Part shown: one piece after another, positions 47,791 to 57,608 of the stretch
Layout of the letters: the number at the start of each line of letters is the position of its first letter
How positions within the stretch are numbered: the first letter of the stretch is position 1
NCBI GenBank assembly: GCA_964349865.1
Contig: CAYGIF010000001.1
Coordinates: forward strand, 1-63,541
Source: an uncultured Gallionella sp.
Lineage (GTDB): Bacteria > Pseudomonadota > Gammaproteobacteria > Burkholderiales > Gallionellaceae
Direction: 5' to 3'
DNA length: 63,541 nt
Program-made: the position numbers and the translations under genes
The notes under the pieces: generated by a model
Told to the model about the DNA's origin: nothing
What the model saw: the letters and a program-made list of their open reading frames with translations, nothing else
Databases searched by the model: none

Positions 47791-47876
47791 TTTTTTGGCG
47801 GTTTTTTGTTTTACCTATTAAAAGTGTTTTTTACACTGCATCCCAGATAATCCCGCCTCATTTTTGTTCTTCCCAC

Positions 47877-47910
47877 ATTTATCTCACTTTACCCTTAGTA
47901 TTTATCTCAC
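47877..47910 (-). promoter_or_regulatory. Right-end putative transposase-binding sites
   Basis: ATTTATCTCAC at 47877 and 47900 (GTGAGATAAAT on the minus strand). Confidence 0.75.
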
Positions 47911-47919
47911 CCCCCTTTA

Positions 47920-48058
47920 GCCCCCGGTTTGCCGCCGCTGCGCGGTTCCCTGCGTTGCTCAAACGGTCAGGCGGCTGCGGAACTCGCGCTACGCGCTCAG
48001 ACAGTCCTCGCCGAATACCCCTGACCGTTTTCCGCTACTCGGCGGCGCACAGGGGAAA
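47920..48058. repeat. Right part of the host palindromic repeat element
   Basis: Nested inverted repeats GCCGCCG/CGGCGGC and AAACGGTCAGG/CCTGACCGTTT. Confidence 0.6.
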
Positions 48059-48135
48059 AATGAAAAGCGGTTTTGTGTGCGCTGCGCGCACGCCTTTTGA
48101 TAGCAACGGCGGATTACGCCTGCGGCTAACCCGCC

Positions 48136-48834
48136 CTACGCCAAATCAAACAGCAACACCTCCGCATTGCTCCCTGCCGCAAGACTGACTCGCTCTTCAT
48201 CGACATACATCAGCGCGTCGCCCGCGCCCAGTTCATGACCATTGGCCTGCACGCTGCCGCGCGCGACATACAGATAAATCCTGCGTCCGGCGGCGATGGG
48301 ATAGTCCAGCGTCTCCGCACCGTCCAGCAGCGCCGCCGACAGTCGCGCGTCCTGATGGATGTGCAGCGAGCCTTCCGCAGCATCGGGCGAGACCAGCAGG
48401 CACCAGCGCCCGCGCTTCGCCTCATCAGGGAAGGTTTTCTGCCAGTAGCCCGGCGCAAGCCCTTGCTCGTCCGGCATGATCCAGATTTGCAGCAGGTGCA
48501 CCGCTTCGTCGTCCGACGGGTTGAATTCGCTGTGCTGCACGCCGCTGCCGGCGCGCATCAGTTGTATCTCGCCGGCGTGGATGTCCTCGCCGTTGCCCAT
48601 GCTGTCGCGGTGGCGCAGCCTGCCGGACAGGATATAGGTGACGATCTCCATGTCGCGGTGGCCGTGCGTGTCGAAACCGGCGCCGGGCTGCATGATGTCT
48701 TCGTTGATGACGCGCAGCGTGCCGAAGCGCACATGCGCGGGATCCTGGTAGTCGGCGAAGGAGAAGCTGTGCCAGCTCTCCAGCCAGCCGTGATTGGCGT
48801 GGCCGCGCGCGTTTGCCTTGCGTAACGTGATCAT
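48136..48834 (-). CDS. Pirin family protein (YhhW-like)
   Basis: RGHANHGWLESWHSFSFA, HGHRDMEIVTY, HSEFN, LLQIWI. Confidence 0.93.
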   Translation of the reverse strand: MITLRKANARGHANHGWLESWHSFSFADYQDPAHVRFGTLRVINEDIMQPGAGFDTHGHRDMEIVTYILSGRLRHRDSMGNGEDIHAGEIQLMRAGSGVQHSEFNPSDDEAVHLLQIWIMPDEQGLAPGYWQKTFPDEAKRGRWCLLVSPDAAEGSLHIHQDARLSAALLDGAETLDYPIAAGRRIYLYVARGSVQANGHELGAGDALMYVDEERVSLAAGSNAEVLLFDLA

Positions 48835-48851
48835 GACAAACCTCCAGTCGA

Positions 48852-48927
48852 GTAGGGTGGGCACTTTGTGCCCACGCAGGCTTGAGCATCGCTTCATGTA
48901 TCGTGGGCAACGAGTTGCCCACCCTAC
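48852..48927. repeat. GTAG-type REP doublet
   Basis: GTAGGGTGGGCAC..GTGCCCACG ... CGTGGGCAAC..GTTGCCCACCCTAC. Confidence 0.8.
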
Positions 48928-48936
48928 GAATTTCAA

Positions 48937-49566
48937 TCAGCCCGCCAGCAATGCCTCCACCGCCGCGATGTCCGCATGCGTCTCCGGGTGGCGGCTGCCG
49001 CTGTGGCGGGCGTTTTCGGGCAGCACGATGATGTGGGTCTGCACACCGGATTCGCCGGTCAGCGTGTAACTCGGCACGCTCTCGTCCCGTCCGGCGAAAT
49101 GAACTTTCCATTCGCCGTCATCGAAGGCGATGTTGCGCTTGAGCAAAAACAACAACACGGCTTTCGCGTCGTCGGAAAACAGCATCAGGTTGATGTCCGA
49201 ATGCGCGCCAGCCGTTCCGCTCAGCACAGAGCCGGTCAGGTAGGGGTGAAACTCCGCCAGCAGGCGCATCGTGGCGAGGGCTTCTTCGCGCAGCCGGCGC
49301 AGGATGCCGGGGTGGCTATCGTGCTGGTAGAGCGCGCGGTAGCTGTGCAGCGCGTCATCCACTTCCTGATTGCTGGGCAGGTGCTGGGTGTCCGCCGCGC
49401 CGAGTTGCCGGGCGGCCTTGCGTTTGGCGAAGGCATGATCGGCGATGCCGTCTTCGGCCATCAGCTTGGCGGCCAGATGCGCCAGTTGTTCGCGCATCAG
49501 GTCGCGTTTGTAAGCAGGATTCCTGTGCAGGTGTTCCTTGGTCATATGCGCGTGCCCTTTGGTCAT
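48937..49566 (-). CDS. Conserved protein with nucleotidyltransferase-like motif
   Basis: AKRKAARQLG...LPSN; LTGSVLSGTAGAHSDINL. Confidence 0.7.
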   Translation of the reverse strand: MTKGHAHMTKEHLHRNPAYKRDLMREQLAHLAAKLMAEDGIADHAFAKRKAARQLGAADTQHLPSNQEVDDALHSYRALYQHDSHPGILRRLREEALATMRLLAEFHPYLTGSVLSGTAGAHSDINLMLFSDDAKAVLLFLLKRNIAFDDGEWKVHFAGRDESVPSYTLTGESGVQTHIIVLPENARHSGSRHPETHADIAAVEALLAG

Positions 49567-49573
49567 GTCGTGA

Positions 49574-51889
49574 TCAGAGCAGTTGGTCCTTGATGGTCTC
49601 TGCCGGTCTGGTTTCTTCGCTTGGCGCGTGAGGAGGCATAATCTGCTCGGGCGGAATATTTTCCTGATAGAAATATTCGAACAGCAAGCCGTTTGCGTCG
49701 CGATGCCCTTCCTCGTTGATGCGCACGGCAGCCATGTTGTCCGGCATCGCGTAAGCGGCTTGCGGCACATCCTGGAGCGCTTTTTCCATGTAGCCCATCC
49801 ATATCGGCAAGGCAGCGCCGCCGCCGGTTTCCTTGTCGCCCAAGCTGCGCGGCTGGTCGAAGCCCATCCAGGAGATGCCGACCAGGGTGGGTTGAAAGCC
49901 GCAGAACCATGCATCGACCGAATCGCTGGTGGTGCCGGTTTTTCCGGCCAGATCCTGGCGGCCGAGCTGCATCGCGCGGGCGGCGGTGCCGTGTCTTACC
50001 ACGTCCTGCATCATGCTGATCATCGTGAAGGCATTGCGCACATCGATGACCTGGTCTGCATTCTCGCCCGCAATGGCCGGCTTGGCTTGGCTCAGCACCT
50101 TGCCTTGGGCGTCTTCGATGCGCTGGATGAAGTAAGGGGTGACGCGAAAACCGCCGTTGGCGAAGACCGAATAGCCGGCCAGCATTTGCAGGGGAGTGAC
50201 GGAGCCGGCTCCCAGCGCCATGGTCAGGTAGGGCGGATGTTTGTCCGCATCGAAGCCGAACTTGGTGAGGTAGTCCTGGGCGTATTGCGGCGTGATGGAC
50301 TGCAATATGCGGATGGAAACCATGTTTTTCGACTTAGCCAAACCCTGGCGCATGCGCATCGGGCCGGCAAATTCGTTGTCGAAATTCTTCGGTTGCCAGG
50401 GTTCGCTGCCGGTTTGTTCGGCATCGAACATCAGGGGTGCGTCGTTGATCACGGTCGCGGGCGTGAAGCCTTTTTCCAGCGCGGCGGAATAAATAAAAGG
50501 CTTCAGGCTCGAACCCGGCTGCCGCCAGGCTTGCGTGATGCGGTTGAACTGGTTGCGGCTGAAGCTGAAACCGCCGATCAGCGCGCGGATGGCGCCATCG
50601 CGTGGATCGGCGGAAACAAAGGCGGCCTCCACCTGCGGAAGCTGGCTTATTTGCCAGACACTCTTTTCATCCTTCTGCAAGCGGATGATCGAGCCGGGAT
50701 TGATGCGCTGGTTCAAGGCGATCTTGTCGCCCAGCGCGCGCTGGGCGAAGCGCAACGCGTCGCCTTTGACTTCGGCTATTTCCCCGCCCTTGCAATAGGC
50801 GCGAACCAGTTTGGGCGATGCTTCCAGCACCACGGCGGGAATCAGGTCATTGTCGTCTGCTGCTTCCTGCAATGCCTCCTCAAGAAGCTCTTCGCTGCTG
50901 CCCTTTTTCAAATCGGCAAAACCTTCCGGGCCGCGGTAGCCGTGGCGGCGGTCATATTCCAGCACGCCATTGCGGACGGCTTGATGCGCGGCGAGTTGAT
51001 CCTGCTGGCGGATGGTGGTGTACACCTTGAAACCCTGTGTGTAGGTGTCTTCCTTGAATTTTTCATAAACGGCCTGGCGAACCATTTCCGAGATGTAGTC
51101 CGATTTGACGCCGAATTCCTGATTGCCGCGCTTGGCCGCGATGGGCTGTTGTTGCGCGAGTTGCAGCTGCTCGTCGTCGATGAAGCGCAGCTCATGCATG
51201 CGGCGCAGCACGTAAAGTTGGCGCAGCTTGGCACGTTTCGGGTTGACGACCGGATTGTACGAGGAGGGCGCCTTGGGTAGCCCGGCGAGCATGGCCGCTT
51301 CGGCAACGGTGACCTGGCCTAGCGGTTTGCCGAGGTAAACCTGGGCTGCCGCCGCAAAGCCGTAGGCGCGCTGGCCGAGATAAATCTGGTTGAAGTAGAG
51401 TTGCAGGATTTCGTCCTTGCTCAAATTATGCTCGATCTTGAAGGCGAGCAGCACTTCGTTGAATTTGCGCGTCATGGTTTTTTCCTTGGAAAGAAAAAAA
51501 TTGCGCGCCACCTGCATGGTGATCGTGCTCGCTCCTTGTTTTGCGCCGCCGGAGGTGAAATTGGAAATTGCCGCGCGCAGCACGCCCATGTAATCCACGC
51601 CGCCATGTTGGTAGAACCGGTCATCCTCGGCGGCAAGAATGGCTTTTTTCATCACGTCGGGCACCTCGGAAATTTTGACCAGGGCGCGCCGCTCCTCGCC
51701 GAATTCGCCGAGCAGCACGCCTTCGGCGCTGTAAACGCGCAGCGGAATCTTAGGGCGGTAATCGGTAAGCGCTTCCAGTGAGGGCAGGGTCGGATAAGCC
51801 AGCATGACCGCCAGGCCGAGCAATATCGCCGGGAGCAAAAGCAGGGTTAGCGCGACAAGAACCGGGAGAAGCCAGCGGCGGGAAGCCAT
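49574..51889 (-). CDS. mrcA: Penicillin-binding protein 1A
   Basis: EDDRFYQHGG, GASTITMQ, RQPGSSLKP, SKN, KTGT; divergent from pilM. Confidence 0.96.
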   Translation of the reverse strand: MASRRWLLPVLVALTLLLLPAILLGLAVMLAYPTLPSLEALTDYRPKIPLRVYSAEGVLLGEFGEERRALVKISEVPDVMKKAILAAEDDRFYQHGGVDYMGVLRAAISNFTSGGAKQGASTITMQVARNFFLSKEKTMTRKFNEVLLAFKIEHNLSKDEILQLYFNQIYLGQRAYGFAAAAQVYLGKPLGQVTVAEAAMLAGLPKAPSSYNPVVNPKRAKLRQLYVLRRMHELRFIDDEQLQLAQQQPIAAKRGNQEFGVKSDYISEMVRQAVYEKFKEDTYTQGFKVYTTIRQQDQLAAHQAVRNGVLEYDRRHGYRGPEGFADLKKGSSEELLEEALQEAADDNDLIPAVVLEASPKLVRAYCKGGEIAEVKGDALRFAQRALGDKIALNQRINPGSIIRLQKDEKSVWQISQLPQVEAAFVSADPRDGAIRALIGGFSFSRNQFNRITQAWRQPGSSLKPFIYSAALEKGFTPATVINDAPLMFDAEQTGSEPWQPKNFDNEFAGPMRMRQGLAKSKNMVSIRILQSITPQYAQDYLTKFGFDADKHPPYLTMALGAGSVTPLQMLAGYSVFANGGFRVTPYFIQRIEDAQGKVLSQAKPAIAGENADQVIDVRNAFTMISMMQDVVRHGTAARAMQLGRQDLAGKTGTTSDSVDAWFCGFQPTLVGISWMGFDQPRSLGDKETGGGAALPIWMGYMEKALQDVPQAAYAMPDNMAAVRINEEGHRDANGLLFEYFYQENIPPEQIMPPHAPSEETRPAETIKDQLL

Positions 51890-52039
51890 GTGCAGTTGTC
51901 CGAAAAGAGGGAATGATGATATGGTGCGCGAAATTATATCGGCTCTGCGGATAAAATGACCCCTTAAAAATAACTTTACATGGTTTATAGTTATTGCTAG
52001 GATTTAAACCACTTTATACGGAAAAGCTCTAAACGGCCT

Positions 52040-53140
52040 ATGCCCAAAGTAAATTTTGACATCCCGCTGGACTTTTTGCAGACCAAGACTCCACCCATGA
52101 TCGGCGTGGATATCAGCGCATCCTCGGTCAAGATGGTTGAGTTGAGCGAATTACCCAAAAAAGCCGGGTATATCGTAGAACGTTACGCGATCGAGCCGCT
52201 CCCCAAAGATGCCGTCACCGACGGCAATATCAATAATCTTGATGCCGTGTCGGAAGCCCTTCAGCGCACCTGGAAGCGGTTGGGCAGCCGTATCAGGAAC
52301 GTCAGCCTGGCGCTTCCCGCCGCTGCGGTGATTACCAAGAAAATTCTGCTGCCAGCCGGCATGCGCGAGGAAGACCTTGAATACCAGGTCGAATCCGAAG
52401 CGAATCAGTACATCCCGTTCGCGCTGGAAGAGGTCAATCTCGACTTTCAGGTAATCGGCCCAGCTCCCGGCAACCCGGAGGAAATCGAAGTGTTGCTGGC
52501 CGCCTCGCGCAAGGGTAATGTCGAAGACCGCGTCGCGGCCGCTCAAGGGGCGGGCTTGAGGGCGCTGGTTGTCGATGTCGAGCCCTATGCTGCCGAGATG
52601 GCCTTTGAGCAGATCCGTGCCCAGTTGCCCGACGGCGCGGTAGATAAATGTGTCGCGCTGGTCGACATAGGCGCAAGCGTGATGAACGTCAACGTATTGC
52701 GCAATGGGCAATCGGCCTACTCGAGGGATCAGCAGGTCGGCGGCGACCAGTTGACGCAGCAGATTCAGGCGATGTTCGGCTTGTCCGCCGAAGAGGCCGA
52801 ATCGGCCAAGCGCAACGGCGGGTTGCCGGATAACTACGAGAGCGATGTCTTGTCGCCTTTCCGCGAGAGCGTCGTGATGGAAATTGCCCGCGCGCTGCAG
52901 TTCTTTTTCACTTCGACGCAATATAACGAGGTGGATTACATCGTGTTGGCGGGCGGATGCGCGGTGTTGCCCGGTTTGGACGATGCGGTGGCGACCCGGA
53001 CCCAGGTGAGCACGATGGTGGCCAACCCGTTCGCGCTGATGACGCTGTCGAGCCGCATCAAACCGCGCCAGTTGCAGACTGACGCGCCATCTTTGATTGT
53101 CGCCTGCGGGCTGGCGATGCGGAGGTTCGACCCATCATGA
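52040..53140 (+). CDS. pilM: Type IV pilus assembly protein PilM
   Basis: GVDISASSVK, EANQYIPF, VDIGA, ACGLAMR. Confidence 0.95.
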   Translation: MPKVNFDIPLDFLQTKTPPMIGVDISASSVKMVELSELPKKAGYIVERYAIEPLPKDAVTDGNINNLDAVSEALQRTWKRLGSRIRNVSLALPAAAVITKKILLPAGMREEDLEYQVESEANQYIPFALEEVNLDFQVIGPAPGNPEEIEVLLAASRKGNVEDRVAAAQGAGLRALVVDVEPYAAEMAFEQIRAQLPDGAVDKCVALVDIGASVMNVNVLRNGQSAYSRDQQVGGDQLTQQIQAMFGLSAEEAESAKRNGGLPDNYESDVLSPFRESVVMEIARALQFFFTSTQYNEVDYIVLAGGCAVLPGLDDAVATRTQVSTMVANPFALMTLSSRIKPRQLQTDAPSLIVACGLAMRRFDPS

Positions 53141-53703
53141 TACGCATAAACCTGTTGCCGCATCGCGCCGAAAAACGCCGCGCCCGCCAAGTCCAGTTTG
53201 CCGCGCTGAGCGTGATTTCCGTGGTGCTGGGGGCATTGCTGGTGGGGTTCGTGCATGCCGCAATCAGCACCCAGATATCCTATCAGGAAAGGCGCAATGC
53301 CTACCTGAAACAGGAGACGGATATCCTGGACAAGCAAATCGCGGAAATCAAGAAACTCCGCGAACAGACTCAATCCCTGCTGGCGCGCAAGGACGCGGTG
53401 GAAAAACTGCAAAGCGACCGCTCCGATGTGGTACACCTGCTGGACCAGATGCTGCGTATCCTGCCGGATGGCGTGTATCTCAAGACGCTCAAACAGACGG
53501 GCAGCAAAATTAATGTGGTCGGTTATGCGCAGTCCAATGCTCGAATCTCCACGTTGATGCGCGCGATTGAGGATTCGCCGTGGCTGGATTCCCCCGCCCT
53601 GGTGGAAATTCATGCCTCCAGTGCGGGCGGTGCGCGCGTAAGCGAATTTTCGCTGACATTCAACCTGACCAAGCAGAACGCAACTGCCGGCGCAAAGGGT
53701 TAA
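53137..53703 (+). CDS. pilN: Type IV pilus assembly protein PilN
   Basis: RINLLPHR motif followed by a TM. Confidence 0.95.
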   Translation: MIRINLLPHRAEKRRARQVQFAALSVISVVLGALLVGFVHAAISTQISYQERRNAYLKQETDILDKQIAEIKKLREQTQSLLARKDAVEKLQSDRSDVVHLLDQMLRILPDGVYLKTLKQTGSKINVVGYAQSNARISTLMRAIEDSPWLDSPALVEIHASSAGGARVSEFSLTFNLTKQNATAGAKG

Positions 53704-53708
53704 GTGCC

Positions 53709-54353
53709 ATGATGAAACTAGATGATCTGAAAAACCTGAATCCGAAGAATCCCGGCGCGTGGCCCTGGCTGGCGAAGATTTTGGCCTTTGTTGTCTTGTT
53801 CCTTTGCGTGGTGATCGCCGGCGCGCTGTTTGACTGGCAGGATCAGTGGGAAAACCTGCAAGCCATCAAAAAAGAGGAAGACAGCCTCAAGGAAACTTTT
53901 TTAGCCAAGAAGAAACAGGCGATCAATCTGGACTTGATCAAGAAGCAACTTACCGAAACCCAGGAATCCTTTGGCGCGCTGCTCAAGCAACTGCCGAGCA
54001 AATCGGAAATGGATGCGCTGCTGACGGACATCAACCAGGCCGGCCTGGGGCGCGGTTTGCAGTTTGAATTATTCCGCCCCGGCGGCGAAACGATGCGAGA
54101 CGGCGCGTTTGCCGAACAGCCGATCACGATCAAGGTGACCGGAAATTATGACGATATCGGTAAATTCTCCAGCGATATCGCGATGTTGTCGCGCATCGTC
54201 ACGCTCAATGAAATAGCGATAAATCCGGTTGGCAGTGGATTGGCTGGAGGCGGGTTGTCCATGGACGCCATCGCGAAGACTTTCCGCTATTTGGATGAAG
54301 AGGAAGCGTCCGCCCAGAAGAAGGCCGCCAAGCCCGCAGGAGCGAAAAAATGA
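53709..54353 (+). CDS. pilO: Type IV pilus assembly protein PilO
   Basis: QLPSKSEMDALLTDINQAG, RIVTL, AKTFRY. Confidence 0.95.
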   Translation: MMKLDDLKNLNPKNPGAWPWLAKILAFVVLFLCVVIAGALFDWQDQWENLQAIKKEEDSLKETFLAKKKQAINLDLIKKQLTETQESFGALLKQLPSKSEMDALLTDINQAGLGRGLQFELFRPGGETMRDGAFAEQPITIKVTGNYDDIGKFSSDIAMLSRIVTLNEIAINPVGSGLAGGGLSMDAIAKTFRYLDEEEASAQKKAAKPAGAKK

Positions 54354-54862
54354 TGAGACTCATTTATCTTGCGCTGGCTTCGCTGCTGCTGACCGGTTGC
54401 GGCGGCGAGGAATTTCAGGATCTGCGCGATTTCGTCAAAAATGCCGGGGCGGATATGCGCGGCAAGATTCCGCCGCCGCCAGAGGTAAAGCCGTATGAGC
54501 CTTTTGTCTATAACAACGAGGCAAGCCTGCCCGATCCGTTCAAGCCGCGCAAGCCGAAATTGAGTCCCGGCAGCCGCGCAGGAATAAATCAGCCGGATAT
54601 AGACCGCCCCAAGGAGGCTTTGGAGGAGTTTCCGCTCGAAGGTCTCAAGATGGTCGGTTATCTTTACCAGAATAAAGTCGGCTATGCGGTGATTCGCGCT
54701 CCGGATGGCAAGTTGCATCGGGTTAAAGCCGGTAACTATGTCGGCTTGAACTTTGGTCTGATACAGGAAGTGACCGACACGGAGGCGAGAATCAAGGAGA
54801 TGGTGCAAGACAGCACCGGTGACTGGTCCGAGCGCATGAGCAGCCTGCAATTACTTGAATGA
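54350..54862 (+). CDS. pilP: Type IV pilus lipoprotein PilP
   Basis: LTGC lipobox, DPF, KEALEEFPL, GNYVGLNFG. Confidence 0.95.
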   Translation: MMRLIYLALASLLLTGCGGEEFQDLRDFVKNAGADMRGKIPPPPEVKPYEPFVYNNEASLPDPFKPRKPKLSPGSRAGINQPDIDRPKEALEEFPLEGLKMVGYLYQNKVGYAVIRAPDGKLHRVKAGNYVGLNFGLIQEVTDTEARIKEMVQDSTGDWSERMSSLQLLE

Positions 54863-54878
54863 TTTGGGAGTGATACTG

Positions 54879-56945
54879 ATGAAACAACTTAATTTCGTGA
54901 TCGGGAGCATGGTTCGGTTGCTGGGCGTATTCATCGCATTCGGCATATTGAGCGCGCAGGCGCAGGCTGACGCGCAGAACAGCATTACCGCGCTGAATGT
55001 CAGCAGCGCCGGTGACGGGACGACAGTCATCAAGGTCGAACTGGCGCAACCGCTGGCCAATGTGCCGGCCGGTTTTACGATCAACACCCCGCCGCGCATC
55101 GCGCTGGATTTCCCCAATACCGCAAACGGATTGGGAAAATCTGTCCAGGATTTCAGTGAAGGCGATTTGCGCAGCGCCAATATCGTGCAGGCCGGCAACC
55201 GCACGCGTCTGGTGATTAACCTCAATCAGATGCTCACCTATGACACCAAGATCGACGGTAACAGCCTGTTGATCACTTTGCAGGGCAAAGCGGCGGATCG
55301 GGCTGCGGTTGGCAGCACGTCACGGTTTGCCGAGGCCAAGGAGGGCGCACAAAAGCATATCTTGCGCGACGTCGATTTCCGGCGCGGCAAGAATGGCGAA
55401 GGGCGCATCCAGGTCGACCTTTCCGACCCCGGCATCGGCATCGACATCCGCCAGCAGGGTACGACGCTGATAGTCGATTTCCTTAAAACCAGCCTGCCGC
55501 GCAATCTGCAGCGCAAGCTGGACGTGGTTGATTTTGCAACGCCGGTGCAAGGCGTGGATACCTTCGCGCAGGGCGACAACGTACGCATGGTGATCGAGCC
55601 CAAGGGATTGTGGGAGCATGCCGCCTACCAGACCGACAATAAATTCATCGTCGAGGTGAAACCGTTGGCCGATGACCCCAACAAGCTGGTAAAAGGCAGT
55701 CAAATCGGCTATGCGGGTGAGAAACTGACGCTCAATTTCCAGAAGATCGATGTCCGCGAGGCATTGAATGTGATTGCCGATTTTACCGAACTTAACATGG
55801 TGATCAGCGATACGGTGAGCGGTAATCTCACTTTGCGCCTGAAAGATGTGCCGTGGGATCAGGCCTTGGATATCATCTTGCAGAGCCGCGGCCTGGATAT
55901 GCGCAAGAACGGCAACGTGATCCAGGTTGCACCGCGCGAAGAAATCGCCGCCAAGGAAAAAATCAATCTGGCCGCGCGCCAGGAAATCTCCGACCTAGAA
56001 GAGTTGCGCACCGAGAGTTTCCAGCTCAGTTACCAAACAGTCGCCGAGATGATCAAATTGCTGACCGATGCAAAGCAGCCCATCCTGTCGAAACGCGGGA
56101 GCGCCGTCTCCGACCCCCGCACCGGCACGATATTTGTCCAGGACACCCCCTCGCGCCTCGAGGAAGTGCGCAAAATTATCAAGCAGATCGATGTGCCGGT
56201 GCGGCAGGTGTTGATCGAGGCGCGTTTCGTTTCGGCGGGCGATTCGTTTAACCGGACTTTGGGCGGGAAGCTGGGCTATACCGGCCCTGCTGTCGGCGCG
56301 GGCGCAGGTTTTTCAGTGGGTAGCAATACCCCAACGGCATCGCGGGCGCTCATCCAGCCCAATGTAAACCTGCCTGGCGCGGGCAGCGGAATGGGGGGGT
56401 TGACGCTGTCGCTGTTTAACCCGCTGGCAACCAAGGTGCTGACGCTGGAATTGACCGCATCGGAACTGGATGGCCGAACCAAAAATATTGCCAGCCCGCG
56501 TGTGGTGACCAAGGACAAGGTTGCAGCCACCATCTCGGCCGGCACGCAAATTCCTTATCAGGCGGCCACCAGCAGCGGCGCCACCAGCGTTTCATTCAAG
56601 GATGCGACCTTGAGCCTCAGTGTGACCCCGCAAATTACGCCTGACGACCATATCAATATGCAAGTGACGGCCAATCAGGACACCGTGGGAACAATTTATG
56701 GCGGCGTACCGAGCATCAACACCAAAAAAGTCAACACGGAAGTATTGGTTGAAAATGGCGGCACGGTCGTGATCGGCGGCGTCTTCACCCAGGATCTCTC
56801 CGATTCCACCCAGAAGGTTCCGCTGCTGGGGGACGTACCCGTTGTCGGCTGGCTGTTCAAGAATAACGTCAAGAGCGATACCAAGTCGGAGTTGCTGATT
56901 TTTATTACTCCCAAAATCATGAAGGACGAGATGAGTCTGCGCTGA
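54879..56945 (+). CDS. pilQ: Type IV pilus secretin PilQ
   Basis: AMIN domains, LKDVPWDQALD, VLIEARFV, KVPLLGDVPVVGWLF, ELLIFITP. Confidence 0.96.
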   Translation: MKQLNFVIGSMVRLLGVFIAFGILSAQAQADAQNSITALNVSSAGDGTTVIKVELAQPLANVPAGFTINTPPRIALDFPNTANGLGKSVQDFSEGDLRSANIVQAGNRTRLVINLNQMLTYDTKIDGNSLLITLQGKAADRAAVGSTSRFAEAKEGAQKHILRDVDFRRGKNGEGRIQVDLSDPGIGIDIRQQGTTLIVDFLKTSLPRNLQRKLDVVDFATPVQGVDTFAQGDNVRMVIEPKGLWEHAAYQTDNKFIVEVKPLADDPNKLVKGSQIGYAGEKLTLNFQKIDVREALNVIADFTELNMVISDTVSGNLTLRLKDVPWDQALDIILQSRGLDMRKNGNVIQVAPREEIAAKEKINLAARQEISDLEELRTESFQLSYQTVAEMIKLLTDAKQPILSKRGSAVSDPRTGTIFVQDTPSRLEEVRKIIKQIDVPVRQVLIEARFVSAGDSFNRTLGGKLGYTGPAVGAGAGFSVGSNTPTASRALIQPNVNLPGAGSGMGGLTLSLFNPLATKVLTLELTASELDGRTKNIASPRVVTKDKVAATISAGTQIPYQAATSSGATSVSFKDATLSLSVTPQITPDDHINMQVTANQDTVGTIYGGVPSINTKKVNTEVLVENGGTVVIGGVFTQDLSDSTQKVPLLGDVPVVGWLFKNNVKSDTKSELLIFITPKIMKDEMSLR

Positions 56946-56966
56946 TCCCCCGGATAAGCCAAGCAC

Positions 56967-56992
56967 AGGCCCGGCTCAGTCCGGGCTTTTTT
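56967..56992 (+). terminator. Intrinsic terminator after pilQ
   Basis: GCCCGG-CTCAGT-CCGGGC-TTTTTT. Confidence 0.75.
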
Positions 56993-57010
56993 ATCGTTTA
57001 CAATGGCGGA

Positions 57011-57601
57011 ATGCAAAACAGCCAGACAAATACTTACCCCAATGAACAAAGGGACAGCCGCAAGCTTCAGTCCGGCAACCTGATTCTGGTGGGCATGATG
57101 GGGTCGGGCAAAACCACCATGGGGCGGGCGCTGGCCAGGCACCTGGGCAAGGCCTTTGTGGACAGCGACGAGGAAATCCAGCAGCGCACCGGCGTGACAG
57201 TTCCGCATATCTTCGATATCGAGGGCGAAGCTGGCTTTCGCCAGCGCGAAAGCGCGGCCATCCGCGATCTGGTGGGGCGCGACAACATGGTTCTGGCAAC
57301 CGGCGGCGGCGCGGTGCTGGCGGAACAAAACCGCGCGATGCTGCAACAGAACGGTATCGTCATCTACCTGAAGGCGAGCGTGCATGATTTATGGCAGCGC
57401 ACCCGGCATGACCGTAACCGCCCGCTGCTGCAAACCGCCGACCCGCACGCCAAATTGGCGGAGTTGTTCCAGCAGCGCGACCACTTGTACCGGCAGGTTG
57501 CGGATATCGTCATCCAGAGCGGCAAACAAAGCGCGCATGCGCTGATGCTGCATTTGGTGGGCGAAATAGAGACATTCAGAAAAATAGCCAATAAATATTG
57601 A
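57011..57601 (+). CDS. aroK: Shikimate kinase
   Basis: [24 protein letters not shown]. Confidence 0.95.
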   Translation: MQNSQTNTYPNEQRDSRKLQSGNLILVGMMGSGKTTMGRALARHLGKAFVDSDEEIQQRTGVTVPHIFDIEGEAGFRQRESAAIRDLVGRDNMVLATGGGAVLAEQNRAMLQQNGIVIYLKASVHDLWQRTRHDRNRPLLQTADPHAKLAELFQQRDHLYRQVADIVIQSGKQSAHALMLHLVGEIETFRKIANKY

Positions 57602-57608
57602 CCGGAAG

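Larger units (their letters stand above)
7864..47919. mobile_element. Transposable (Mu-like, B3-type transposase) myovirus prophage, 40,056 bp, apparently complete
   Basis: DDE transposase, AAA ATPase, GemA, Mor, Gam-like, repressor/Ner, lysis, terminase, portal, MuF, G, protease I, gpT, sheath, tube, baseplate, Com-Dam. GCCCCC at 7858..7863 and 47920..47925; inverted GnGATAAAT sites 9 bp from each end. Confidence 0.95.

Noticed and set aside
52040..56945. Functional link between pilMNOPQ and the prophage receptor
   Set aside because: mrcA-pilMNOPQ-aroKB is a conserved core locus; proximity alone is not evidence.
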